Assembly (NCBI GenBank): GCA_000708835.1
Contig: DF237524.1
Coordinates: 1-57,782, forward strand
Reading direction: 5' to 3'
DNA from: Klebsormidium nitens
Taxonomy: Eukaryota > Plantae > Klebsormidiophyceae
Length of the DNA stretch: 57,782 nucleotides
A program made the translations under genes and the position numbers. Shown here piece by piece: positions 1-11,100 of this stretch (its first letter is position 1; every line of letters starts with the position of its first letter). The notes beneath the pieces are model-generated. The model had not been told where the DNA came from, searched no databases, and was given only the letters and a program-made list of their open reading frames with translations.

Positions 1-678
1 CTCTAATCTACCAACCAAACGCTATCCCGCAGAACCGGGACTAGCACCAATCTACGACTCTAACTACTGGTGGTCTTCATCGTCGCCGTCGACGCCTGAA
101 CGCCACCCAAATATCTTCTCGGTCGCCGGCCGCCGCGCGAAACTCCTTCCGCGCGCGCGCGGGCTCGCGTACAGCAGGGGATGACGAAGTGGCACTGTCC
201 GCGAGGGGGTGACTCTTGGGCAGCACACGCTCCGCATGCATGGAGCCCGCTCCAATCATACAACTTTATAATATAATAAGTAAAAGGCACAAAATCCAGA
301 TTCTCATGTAAAAGCTAGATATAAGCTCTTACGTTGCTTCGCGCGGGCAAAGTTAAAAATTCCGGTGTTCCTATTACCGGCCCCTCGAAGTAGATGTTAA
401 ATATTGCTAGTGACCATCGATCGAAAACTCGGTCGACCGGAATTCGGCTGGAGGTTTCGGTCGCTGTTCCGGCCCAGTTCCGGCATCTCGCGCATGCAAG
501 GCCCGGGCTAAAACAGCAGCGGATGGCGACCAAACTTGGTATGTAGCCAGGAGACATCAAGGCCAAACTCTAGCAAACAACCTGGTTACCTTTCGTATAA
601 GTCGATCTGTCCTTACAATATAGGGGGGCCGGTACCCGGGCCGATACTCCTAGGATCCTGGGTGGAGAACAACAGGGA

Positions 679-1231
679 GAATTCCGATATACAGGAAGTT
701 TACGCTCTCTAAGCGACGCTCTCCAAGGATGGCAACGATTTCAGGAATTGCAACGATTCCACCGTGGCCACTGCCCTTTGAAGTTTGCACCGGGGCAGCC
801 TCATGGGACAAGAACTCGATATGGGACGGCGGAAGCTCTGGAAGAAAGTTGCCCGGCCGTGACGGGTCACCGGTGCTAGGTTCATCATCTGACCGGAGGG
901 CGCTGAATATAGCCTGCGAAAGCTACCGAAGCAGCCGGTACGTTCCTGGTGGTCACCTGCCAGGCTCCCGGGCAACGCTGACCCAGTCCGGACACCCCCC
1001 TGCAGGGCACTGAATTTGTACCGCGGAAACTGGCCGGTACTAACCGGCGTTGTCAGTGCTCACTGCACTCGATGCGAACCGTCGATATTCAGGCCCGTAA
1101 GTATACGGACGGCAAAGAATCAAACAGATTGATGCCACGCTGGAAATTGTTGCTACGTCAGCAAAGTCTGCAATCGGACGAGTTTAGAGAGCGTAGGGCT
1201 TAGAGAGCGTAAACTTCTTACATATGAATTC
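679..1231. mobile_element. Candidate MITE / non-autonomous DNA transposon bounded by ~45-bp imperfect inverted repeats
   Basis: GAAGTTTACGCTCTCTAAGC (695-714) and its exact reverse complement GCTTAGAGAGCGTAAACTTC (1198-1217). The similarity extends imperfectly out to GAATTC at 679-684 and 1226-1231. No convincing internal coding sequence; target-site duplication not resolved. Confidence 0.45.
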
Positions 1232-1385
1232 GATCCGCAGCATTCAACGCATGCTGAAATTGTGAAGAGAAGTGTCCATTGGCATGGGGCGCAGGGCGAA
1301 CATTTGAAGCTTTTCTCTTGAGGCCCAGGCACCCAGGGAAGAGAGTCTCGAGAAACCTCAGCTGTTTGCCTACATCCGCAGAACC

Positions 1386-2940
1386 ATGGGGGCTGAATGG
1401 TTGTCGGGAGTGATTGTTGCTTGCACTCTACTGTATATCACACAGTGGCGTGGCGTACCATTTGAGGTTCGTGGCTGGGTTGGGGGGAGGGAGGACGAAG
1501 GCACGACGAAGAACAAGCTGAGGCTGGAGAGGAAACAGAGGCAGGAAGCTGAGAAGAAGGAGAAGGAGCTGAAGAAAAGGCTGGCTGCAATCGCTACTCA
1601 AGCTGGAGCAGGAACACCGAAGGGCCTTGGGATTGGACCATTGCGACTTGCTGTTCATTTGGACCCGGACTTTAGATTGCCCTTCAAGTTCGGTCATCTT
1701 AGCGGGCTGCACTTGAGCAATGAGGTTGTTACACCCCCGGTCACACCCACTACTATGCCCCTGGCCAAAAGTCCGAAGGTGCTGAAGTGGAAGGAACGGA
1801 AATCGGTGAGCATTTTTATTTGTCAAAGTGTAAGAGTGAAATAAAAGGAAACATGACGTAGTTCTGCCAGACTTTGCAATTTGGAAAACTTGACAACTCT
1901 TATGCATATAAGAATGTCACACTTATTCTGAATCTTCCTGGGCGGCTATTGCTCTCCCATCTCTGCTTTTGAGGAGCAACAGCCTGAACAAGAATCTTGT
2001 TGTCGACACAAAGAGCAGCTCGATGCATCAGTCTTTGCTTGATGGAATCACGTAGAAAGTGACAGCTTGTAACAAACATGCAAACATGGATGTGTTGATC
2101 TTGGGATTGCATAGGAGGCGATGCATATTGCAGGTAGAAAGTGCATTTGGGACAAGGAAATGGATTTGGCGCTTATTTGTGTTCATAAGTATGTGCTAAA
2201 CAGGGTATCCTAACGAATACATTTCTGCTTCCAGGGAAAGAAGTAGTGGCACGTAGAAGATGATTGTCTGAGACTATTTACTTGCGCTCGTCCCAAAGGT
2301 TTGTTCGCACATATTTTATCGGTGAGTCACACTTTCGTTAGCATTCAGAAGGATTGACAAGAAAGTTTCCCACGACAAAGTGCTTGCATGTCCATTTCCT
2401 GGAGCGATTCTCATGATATTCAGTGTCTGGTCAATGGACATATGCTGGCTGTATACAAAATCTATCTTGGGGTCACAGCAGAAGTCCACAGGTTTCTTTT
2501 TCAGTGCTTCTGATTAAGCATGATAGGGAAATTCTGAAACGGACAAATATGAGCGCGATTAAGTGGGAATTAAATCACCTGCAGCTGTGGTTGAGCGCTA
2601 CCCTTCATGGATTCTGGATACTCAGGCCACAAGTGAGTCATGGGATCACTATGCTGATATTGGAATGGAACAAGCATATCTTCTGCTCTCGCACTGTGTG
2701 AATCCTATTCGCGTGATTGGACAAGGGAACACGTTATCTTTCACAAGTCCGTGCCAAATTGACAAGGAAATCGAGTTGCAGAGCAAAGGTCTGGTTACAA
2801 AGTTCAAAAGAGCAGCTCAAAGAAGACAAGGTCAAATGAAGAATACTCTGAACAAATTTAGGAGCAGCTTGTTCAAAAAGCACTTGGAGTATCAAGTGCA
2901 CAGCTTGTCCCCAGATTTTGTTGTGACTTGCTATGTTTAA
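1386..2940 (+). other. Possible gene or pseudogene fragment of unknown function
   Basis: A charged coiled-coil-like stretch (KNKLRLERKQRQEAEKKEKELKKRL, ~1510-1590) and exon-like ORFs at 2423-2940 with plausible splice sites. No recognisable domain and no complete model could be built. Confidence 0.2.
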
Positions 2941-5105
2941 CCCCAAAAACTCATTCTCAGTATAAGATTGCAACTCAGGTTCTTCACCATGGTCTCCCTT
3001 CTTCTGAATGTTTGTCTATTTGTCCATGCAGAGAACGAGGTTCATAAATCGCAAGGTTGGGGTTTGTTCATCGATTCCAATAAGGCGCCTGTTGCCGGTT
3101 ACTGTCTTTTCTTTGTCTAGCTTGGAGTAAGAAGTTGTAGTCCATCGGCAGATTGAGCATTTGGCTTGCTGGCTTGTCCTCTTAGGAGTAGTCACGACTC
3201 ACGATCCGAAATTTTGCTCCTTGAGTTTAATACGAAAATACGGGAAAATGATATGAGCTTGGGCCTATCTATCGCAGCACTCATGTGCAAACACCACAAT
3301 TGATTTCTGGGCCCGAGCTGTTCAAAGCATACGTTGAGTGGCTTTATCAAGTGATCATGTTTGATAAAACAAATGCTACTAGAAGAGGAAAAGCGGGAGG
3401 GCTTGCAGTGGGAGTAGTACCCCCCCAATCTTTATCATTAAGAAGGGGGCGAGAAGCATATACCATGAAGATAGAAAATGCCTATTGCAAGTCTAAGTTT
3501 AAGTTACCTGGTAGGCAACAAATGTCACAGATAAGAGCCGCTATCTTATGAATAATGCACCTTGCTGTGTCGTATTGTGTCCACAAACCTTTTCGGTCAT
3601 TTCCTCTACACTTTCAGATCTGTTCCCATAGTGTAATCGTCACCCCCGACCCTTAAGTATGACTAGGTATCCCGTTTGGTATGGAGTGTGGGCGCGGCAG
3701 CCGCAAATCATCAATCCGTAGCCCTTTATAAGTCACCTTCAAATATGGCTGAAGTTTTGCCTCAAATGCATTTTAAAACGCTCAATTAGACGTATTGATA
3801 AGTAAGCCACCAGCCGCGTGAGCCACCACAGGTCAGCCTGCCCTTCCGCAAATTCTCTGCAAACCGCATTGCGCATATGAGTCATTGAGCGAAAGTTTCC
3901 GGTCTGCGCAACACGTAAATAGTCTGACGGTTTTGTCGGATTTTGAGGATATCCAGCCATGCCCGGCACAGCAGGCTGGTATACATGACCATCAATCTGA
4001 AATTTGTGCACTAATATACTCATGATGGCATGCAACTTGGCAATCCCTATGCAATCACGTTTGGATCCGAACCGACTTTGTGACTGAATCTCTCGATATC
4101 ACTTATAACGTACTTTGTACGTGGCCTCGAGTCCGCTTTAGCGTATGCATTGCGGAAACCGTTGCAGTAGTTCAATGCAAGGCATGCATTTGAAGTGCAC
4201 GAGCTAGGGCGCGGCATGTTTAATTTGATTGCTCATGCAATCGATCAATCCTGCATTCCTAACCTTGGTTGCCATCATCTGCCGCACAAGCCATGTGAGT
4301 TTCAAGCCTACGATTAAGTTTCCGCCTACCCAAACCGGCGCTGCAGTCACCCGACTATATGCTTAACAAGACATCCAGATCTTCATAAGCTGTAGCAAGC
4401 TGATTGAATATACACTGCTGAAAAGTATTTGGTGTACGAAGGAGACTGTAGCGTCGGCAAGGTGAGTAGGAATATCTGGCAGGTAGCATAGACATGGAGA
4501 AAAAGCTCAAGGAACACCCAGAACATGTGTGTGCCATGAGAAGCCTATGGCCGAACTGGCTACGGCGTATTTGAAAAGAGACCATCAGGCACATGATGGC
4601 GTGCATGGCACCGTTTTCGACCTGCGCGCAGCCAGGTGTTCCGGCCTCAATCATGGTGTCCATGGGCTGGCACAATTGAAAGACACATAACAAGAGGAAT
4701 GCAACTGCTTGACCACGTCGTTCAATGACCGGCTTGCTACAGCGATCAGGCGGCTGGCCGCCATCCAACGCAATCGTTGGACAGTCGAGGCGCTTTTACA
4801 GAATTATGTAAAGAGGTGCAGGTTGCCTGTGGAGAGTGCAGTCCTACATAGCCTAGTTGCTAAGTTCTTGTTTCATCATAACTCCTTATGACTCTTGAAC
4901 ATGCTTCCAAGGTCCTTGATGAAGGTCTTTCCAAGCAAAACCCCTCCCGATAGCATTTAGCGCCAGGCAGGCTCCATGTCTTCACTATCAGCCAGCTCGT
5001 TCCTTCTGCCTGATCACAATCTGTTTGTCGAAAGCACTCGACAACGACGACAGCACCTCCACAAAAACGGAAAGCCCGGCGACACTACCCTGTGTACGAA
5101 ATTTT

Positions 5106-8100
5106 CTACCGCCCTTCGTGTATCATGGTCATCTGATAATTTATGCTGGAGCTTCCGCTCGGGCCATACGGCTCGCTCCACGTGGAATGGCTTAACAGCG
5201 AAGACGCGCCGGAGAGCTCCGACCCACTTCCCGCGCGCGACGACGCGGCAAACCACTCGCCGGAGTCATTGATTGTGCTATCCTGCAGACGGATCGCAGA
5301 ACTTACATGTCAGTCAAAAGCGCCTCGCAGCCGTCTGATCTTCATATGATAATCGGAATCTGCAACATTCAGCCTAGGAATAGTTCTAGTGGACAGGCTC
5401 CATATCTGGTTTGGGTTAAACTGGGCAAACCCGCTCAGAAACACGTGACCGCATCTGAGTCATCCGTTTTTCGACGTCGAAGAATAGACGGTAGCAGCAC
5501 GATTGTTGGATGATCCCCCAGCCATTTCACATGTCTGACGCTCCGCTTACCTGGTACGGAAGTTCGACGTCGGACACTGGCCCGCCCTTGGCGAGACTTT
5601 CAAGGCCGCGTAGAACGTCCGACATGTCCGGCCGGACGGAGTCGTCTCTGGCGACGCAAGACAGTGCGATGGTGATGAAGCGGGTCGCCGCCTCGGGGGA
5701 GAACTGGTGATTGAGCTTTGGGTCGACTGTGACGAGCAGACGGTTCCGGTTGCGCGACACCTGATAAGAGAATGGCGGTTTTGTTGGGTATTGGGTCGAC
5801 CAAAAAGTTGCTTTTTTAATCCCGCCACTAAATTGTAAGCGTGCTTAGGCGACCAAGGTTTTCTCCTATTAGATACCAATGATTCCAAGAATCTTTGATG
5901 ATTGGATCTTCGTTAACACTGGGCCCATAATTTGTGAGAGGAACGCTTACCGTTCCAAAAGAAGCGGAATCAGATACTTGATGCAGACGCAGAGTTAAAG
6001 AGGAAGCGAGTCATAGGAAAAGGAAGGAGGATAGAGGAATTGTAAAGAAAGATTTGGCGAGTGAATGAGCGCACGTTGCGCCCCGCCTGGACGAGGTTCT
6101 CCCGTCCCTGCTTGGTGCGCTTAGCTCTTTTCGTTGATGCGAACGCAGACCCGAAACCAGACCCTTGACGCAAACGAAGGTCGAACGGAAGGGAAACCGG
6201 AAACGATGAAAGTGGCAGAGCGGCCCGGAAAGAGGGCACGTGATGTACCGCCTCGACGAGATTACACTTGGTCACGCTTGGCTCTTTCTGTTGATGCAAA
6301 AGCAGACCCTTGACGCAAAACGAAAACGAACGGACAGAGAAGGAACGGAGAGAATGTCAGGCAGCCAGAGCGGCGACTCGGAAGAGGCCCCGTGACGTAT
6401 CACTCAACCAGGTTCTGCTTATTGACGCTTAGCTCTTCTGTTGATGCAGAATCAGATCCTCGTAACAAAAGCAAAATCGAACGAAGAGGAAAGATAACAG
6501 GAGAAGATCCCACAGCCAAAGGAACCCGTAGCGTTGCTGCCTCCTCCCATCAATGCAATACCAGGCCCTTGACGCAAAAGCAGACTCGAAGAAACACGGG
6601 CGGAAGATGCACAAGATCAGATAGCCAGAGCGACCCAAAAAAAGGGCACGTGACGCACCGCCTCAGCAACATTTTATTCGGTGACGGTTAGCTCTTTCCG
6701 TTGCCGCAAAACCAGACCGGAAAGGGAAGGAAACAGAAAAACCGGACAGCCAGGGCAGCGACCCGGAAAGAGGGCCCGTGACGCATAAGCAAAAACGATC
6801 GGAGGAAGAGAGGAAATGAAAAAGGATCAGCAGCCAGATTGACCCGGAAAGAGGGCACGTGACTTACCGCCTCGACGAGGTTCTGCTTCCCGCCGTCTGC
6901 CAGGCTCTCGAGCGCGCGCAGGCCCGTGGCCAGCTCCAGGAGCACCACCCCGAAGCTGTACACGTCACTCTTGGTCGTCACCTGCGGAGATAAGATTGGA
7001 ACTTCTTAGTGCTCACAAGCGAAAGCTTTTTCTCATGCGTATAGGGCCAGACACGGACTTCAAGAGTAACGGAAACGAAGAGATTGTGGCGCAGGAGATG
7101 ACGCATCGGTGAACATCGAACGACTTCAACAATAGGTTGTGACACTCGTATGCTTAGCAACAGATTCTGGCACTTGTTGATGGCTGAAAGGTTAAAGAGG
7201 GGTTGCGCGTCAGCATTGCCGACGGATCCGCTTCCAGGAAGCGAAGCGGTTACTGTTCCCTGAGCCCTCTGCCTTTCCGCAACTTCAAGGCAGATTGTCG
7301 GAAGCTCCCACCAAATAGGTGCCGCCACAGAAGCGCCCGCGGGCTGAGGCGTGGTCTTGCTCAGCAAATCCGGTTTGACGTCATGATGAAATGGACGAAG
7401 AAGATTAAGTGCGAAACCGCTAGACTGCCTTGGCAACAGGGAACCTTTCTATCTAATCGACTAGAACTCTGGCCGGTTCGTTGGGACTCTAATCGGTTGA
7501 GTGAAACTTTAGCGACTTGTCTAAAACTGTAGCGGGTTTATCGGCACTAGTCGCAGGGGGCCCTCACCCGACCGGTGTAGACCATTTCGGGCGCCAGGTA
7601 TCCGTACGTTCCTCGGACCATGGTGCTCTGGTTGTCCGACTCGTCCGCAATCAGCTTCGCCAGCCCAAAGTCCGCCACCTGATGGCAAGCCTTGAAATTT
7701 GAGTTCTGTGTAATGTTCGATAATGATTGCTGTTTTTCCGAAAATCAAGCTCACGATGTTTTACGTTTAATAGGCGGATTTGATCCCACCTCTACCCAAT
7801 CAGCACTTAACTTGCTTGTAAAAATGCTTTCAATTCATTCAGGTTATGTGCATATTGCTCTTGAGATTTGGCACTAGATCCCGTTCACCCGTTCTGAGGT
7901 GTTTCGTGATTCTAGAGCATTGTCAAGCTTATGACATTCAAGGTTGCGTACTAATGCACAATGGGTGTTGCTGAAGTATGAGATGAGATGAAAACTTGAA
8001 AGCAAGACCAAAACTGAATCCGGAATAAGGCGGTGCGATTGCATCCGGATGCAAAGCGAAGGCTATGACTCGCTTACACAATCTTGCACACGGAGGAGCT

Positions 8101-11100
8101 GTTCACTGCTGTCTACGACGCATCTGGTTAGGAACCGAAGCAATGGAACACTCCGAGTTACGAATTCATAGGCAAAATGAGCTGAAAGCTGGAGATTCTG
8201 TCACGTGCTCTTCGCATAGCGTATCGCACCTGCGCCTGCATTTTGCTGTCCAGCAGAATGTTGGCGCTCTTGATGTCTCGATGCAGAATGGGCGGGTCCG
8301 TATCATTATGCAAGTACGAGAGGCCTCGTGCGGCGCCGATCGCGATGTTGAGGCGGGTGTCCCAGTCGAGGGCAGGCTTCGACTCTGCGCCAACAGGGCC
8401 CCGACAATTGAGCACGGATGTTCCTTCTCGGTATATGCAGAGAGTGACCGAAGTTCGTACGACAAATTGGATCCGCTTACTTTAAGCTTACTCTCTCGCA
8501 ACGCAAAAGAGAGAGCAGGTTCGGCATTCTGAGCTTGCTCGGAATCTTCAGATTGTCCGGCAGAGTCCTGCGGTAGGGCCGTTCGATGTGCGCTTCTCGT
8601 TCGTTGTCGTGAGAGACCAGAACCCTGTAACACCATTGACGCCTCTGTCCTTCCCCGTATCTTTCCACGACCCTCTACGCACCGTCCTTCCTTTTTGCGA
8701 CCTGTCTGGAAGACATGGGCCAGCTAAGACATTAGCGGCCAACGATGATTTTCTCTTGTGACAGTTTTGAGTAGAAAGCTCAAATGCCTCACCGCTGCGG
8801 AGCGCTGAGTCCAGGTTCCCGTTCTCGGCATAATCGAGCACGAGGAAGCAGTCGTGGTCCGTGACGCAGTACCCGCGAAGCGACACCAGGTTGCGGTGCC
8901 GCACGCGCCCGAGCGCGTCGAGCTCGCCCAGCCACTCGCGCGCAGCCAAATCCTGCGAATATATTATATGGTCGAGTTTAGGATAAAAAATCAAATGTGA
9001 AACATGTGATGCGTAAGCAATCAGAGTCGGGCGCGCCCAATCCCTGACATGGAAAAATGTGTGTTTTTGAAAGTAGGACCAGGAAAAGAAAATGTAACCA
9101 GTAAGGGAAGACTGTATGATGCGTCCAGCTTGCCTAGCCACTCGTGCCCGCCCATCTCCTGCAAACACAAATGGAGATGTGTATGTAAATCTGAAAGTAA
9201 ATTCAGGAAATGGTAAGGGATAAAAAAAAAAAGTGTTTGATGCGTCCAGCTCGTCAGCCACTCGCGCGCGCCCATCTCCTGAAAGGAAAAAATAAGGAGA
9301 ATGAAGTATGCTTTTGTGCACATTGAAACGAGGCCGATGTCCCTTTGGCGTCAAGAACATGCCGCATCTGAGGTGTTCTGCATTCAGTTCCGCTTTCATG
9401 TCTCGCACGCCTTACGAACTTACACAAATCACAAGGCCCTTGACCCGCAAATTTCGGCAGACAAAGCTCTTGAATGCCACGAGAGCCGTAAAGCATGGAA
9501 CCCTTGAACTGCAAACCAGCTGCCCACCTTTCCACAGCCCTCCAGCTGTTTCACCGCGAGCTTCGTTCCGTTCGACAGGGTGGTCGAAATCGCAACATCT
9601 TGAATTCCAAATCCCAATGAAACTCAGGACCCTAAACTCGAACACGACCTAGAACTCTCCTTAAAGAGTACGAACAAAACTCTCGAATTGCAGTCAGCTG
9701 CTTACCTTTCCGCCATCTTTCAGTTGTTTCACCGCGAGCTTCGTTCCGTCCGGCAGAGTGGCCAGATACACCTGCCCGAAGGCGCCCTCCCCCAGCAGGG
9801 CCTGCCGGGAGAACCCCCCGGTCGCGTGGCTGAGCTCAGCATATGTGAATCGGCGCCAGTTGCGGCCCAGCGCCTTGTTCGCCTGCTGCTCCCGGTCTGC
9901 AGCAGTAGGTTGAACCGACTGATCGATTGCGCAATTCAGTGCTTTTTGAGCATGCTGCCGGTTTAGAAGACTGTGGGACATGTGTGGAGCCCACAAGGTT
10001 CTTAGTCCCAACCTTGTTGACTAGATCCGAAACATAGGTAGCAGCAACTGACACCGACTGACTTTTCAAGACCTTCTCGCAGGGTTGCTCCAAAGGACCT
10101 GGATTTTAGCCAACAAGGTGTGACTTGGGGAATGCGTGTGTGGTGACTCGGAAGGCGTCTCGGAAGTGGTTCGATGCTTGCGTTGAAGCTCTTGAGCTCC
10201 CATGAGAGGGGGCCCCACAGGAAAAGCACGCAGAGACATTAAGATTCTTTGAGGAAGGACGGAGCGAAGCTTCAAAAGAGCCGGGCAAGGAACATACAAG
10301 ACGTGCAAGGAAGGAGATTCGAGCCCACACGAAGCATCCGACAGTGATCAAAGCACACGAGTCGGTTCCAGAATCTTAACAAGCGTCTGTGCCGGTGCGA
10401 GTCATCACGATAAACAACAAATGCAACCCACCTGACGCGGCGGTCGAGGGCCGCGCGCCGCTCCACCTCGAATCCGTCAGTAGCTTCTTGGGCTCCTCCA
10501 GCACCGTCGGCAAGACGTTCTTTCTCTTCTTCTTCTTGCAGAAACAGTACACCCCGATGCACACAGCAACTAGAGCGGCGACGATAATGGCCACGATCAC
10601 CCCGGCAATGATCCCGGTGTTGGATGATCCCCCGGAAGGAGAGGCGACAACGGGATTGACGGGAACGGTGGGGGGGGGGCAGGCGCGGAGGGGGGCAGGG
10701 TTGCGAGGACGCCCGTGGGGGAGGGGCCGAGGACGAACGCAATGTTGGACACGTTGCCCCCTGAAAAGGCAAAAGAGGTTCAGTCGGCGGAAATACGCTG
10801 TAACGACTAAGCACGCTGTGGTGCGCTATGTATGCGATGCTTTGGCGAAAAGAGGAGAATCCAGGAGAAGGTTGCGAAGTGGTCAGGGCATGAAGAAACG
10901 GTTGAGCTGTGGAACGAGGCGACAAAGTGTTTGTCCTCACCCTATGCCAGATCAAATGCGGGGGGGACTCAGAAAGTGCTTCCGGAGCCGACGCTTATAA
11001 CTCAGTGCGGCGTTGCAGATCCGCAGAAACCATTCAGAAGGACGTCGCCACATCTGTACCGAACCAAAAACAACAAAAAATGTAATCGTCTCACCGTATG

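Noticed and set aside
4355-4891. ORFs 4355-4768 (-) and 4709-4891 (+)
   Set aside because: No domain similarity, splice support or codon signature; treated as intergenic.
5527-5550. Kinase ending at the TGA 5527-5529 as the ORF track suggests
   Set aside because: A canonical CAG|GTAAGC donor at ~5550 splices in phase 0 to a Ser-rich exon (5106-5282) that makes a more plausible RLK tail; not proven without cDNA.
6060-9285. CRISPR-like interpretation of the spaced repeats
   Set aside because: Units are degenerate, ~120-150 bp, derived from host exon junctions, with no unique spacers or cas genes, in a eukaryotic intron.
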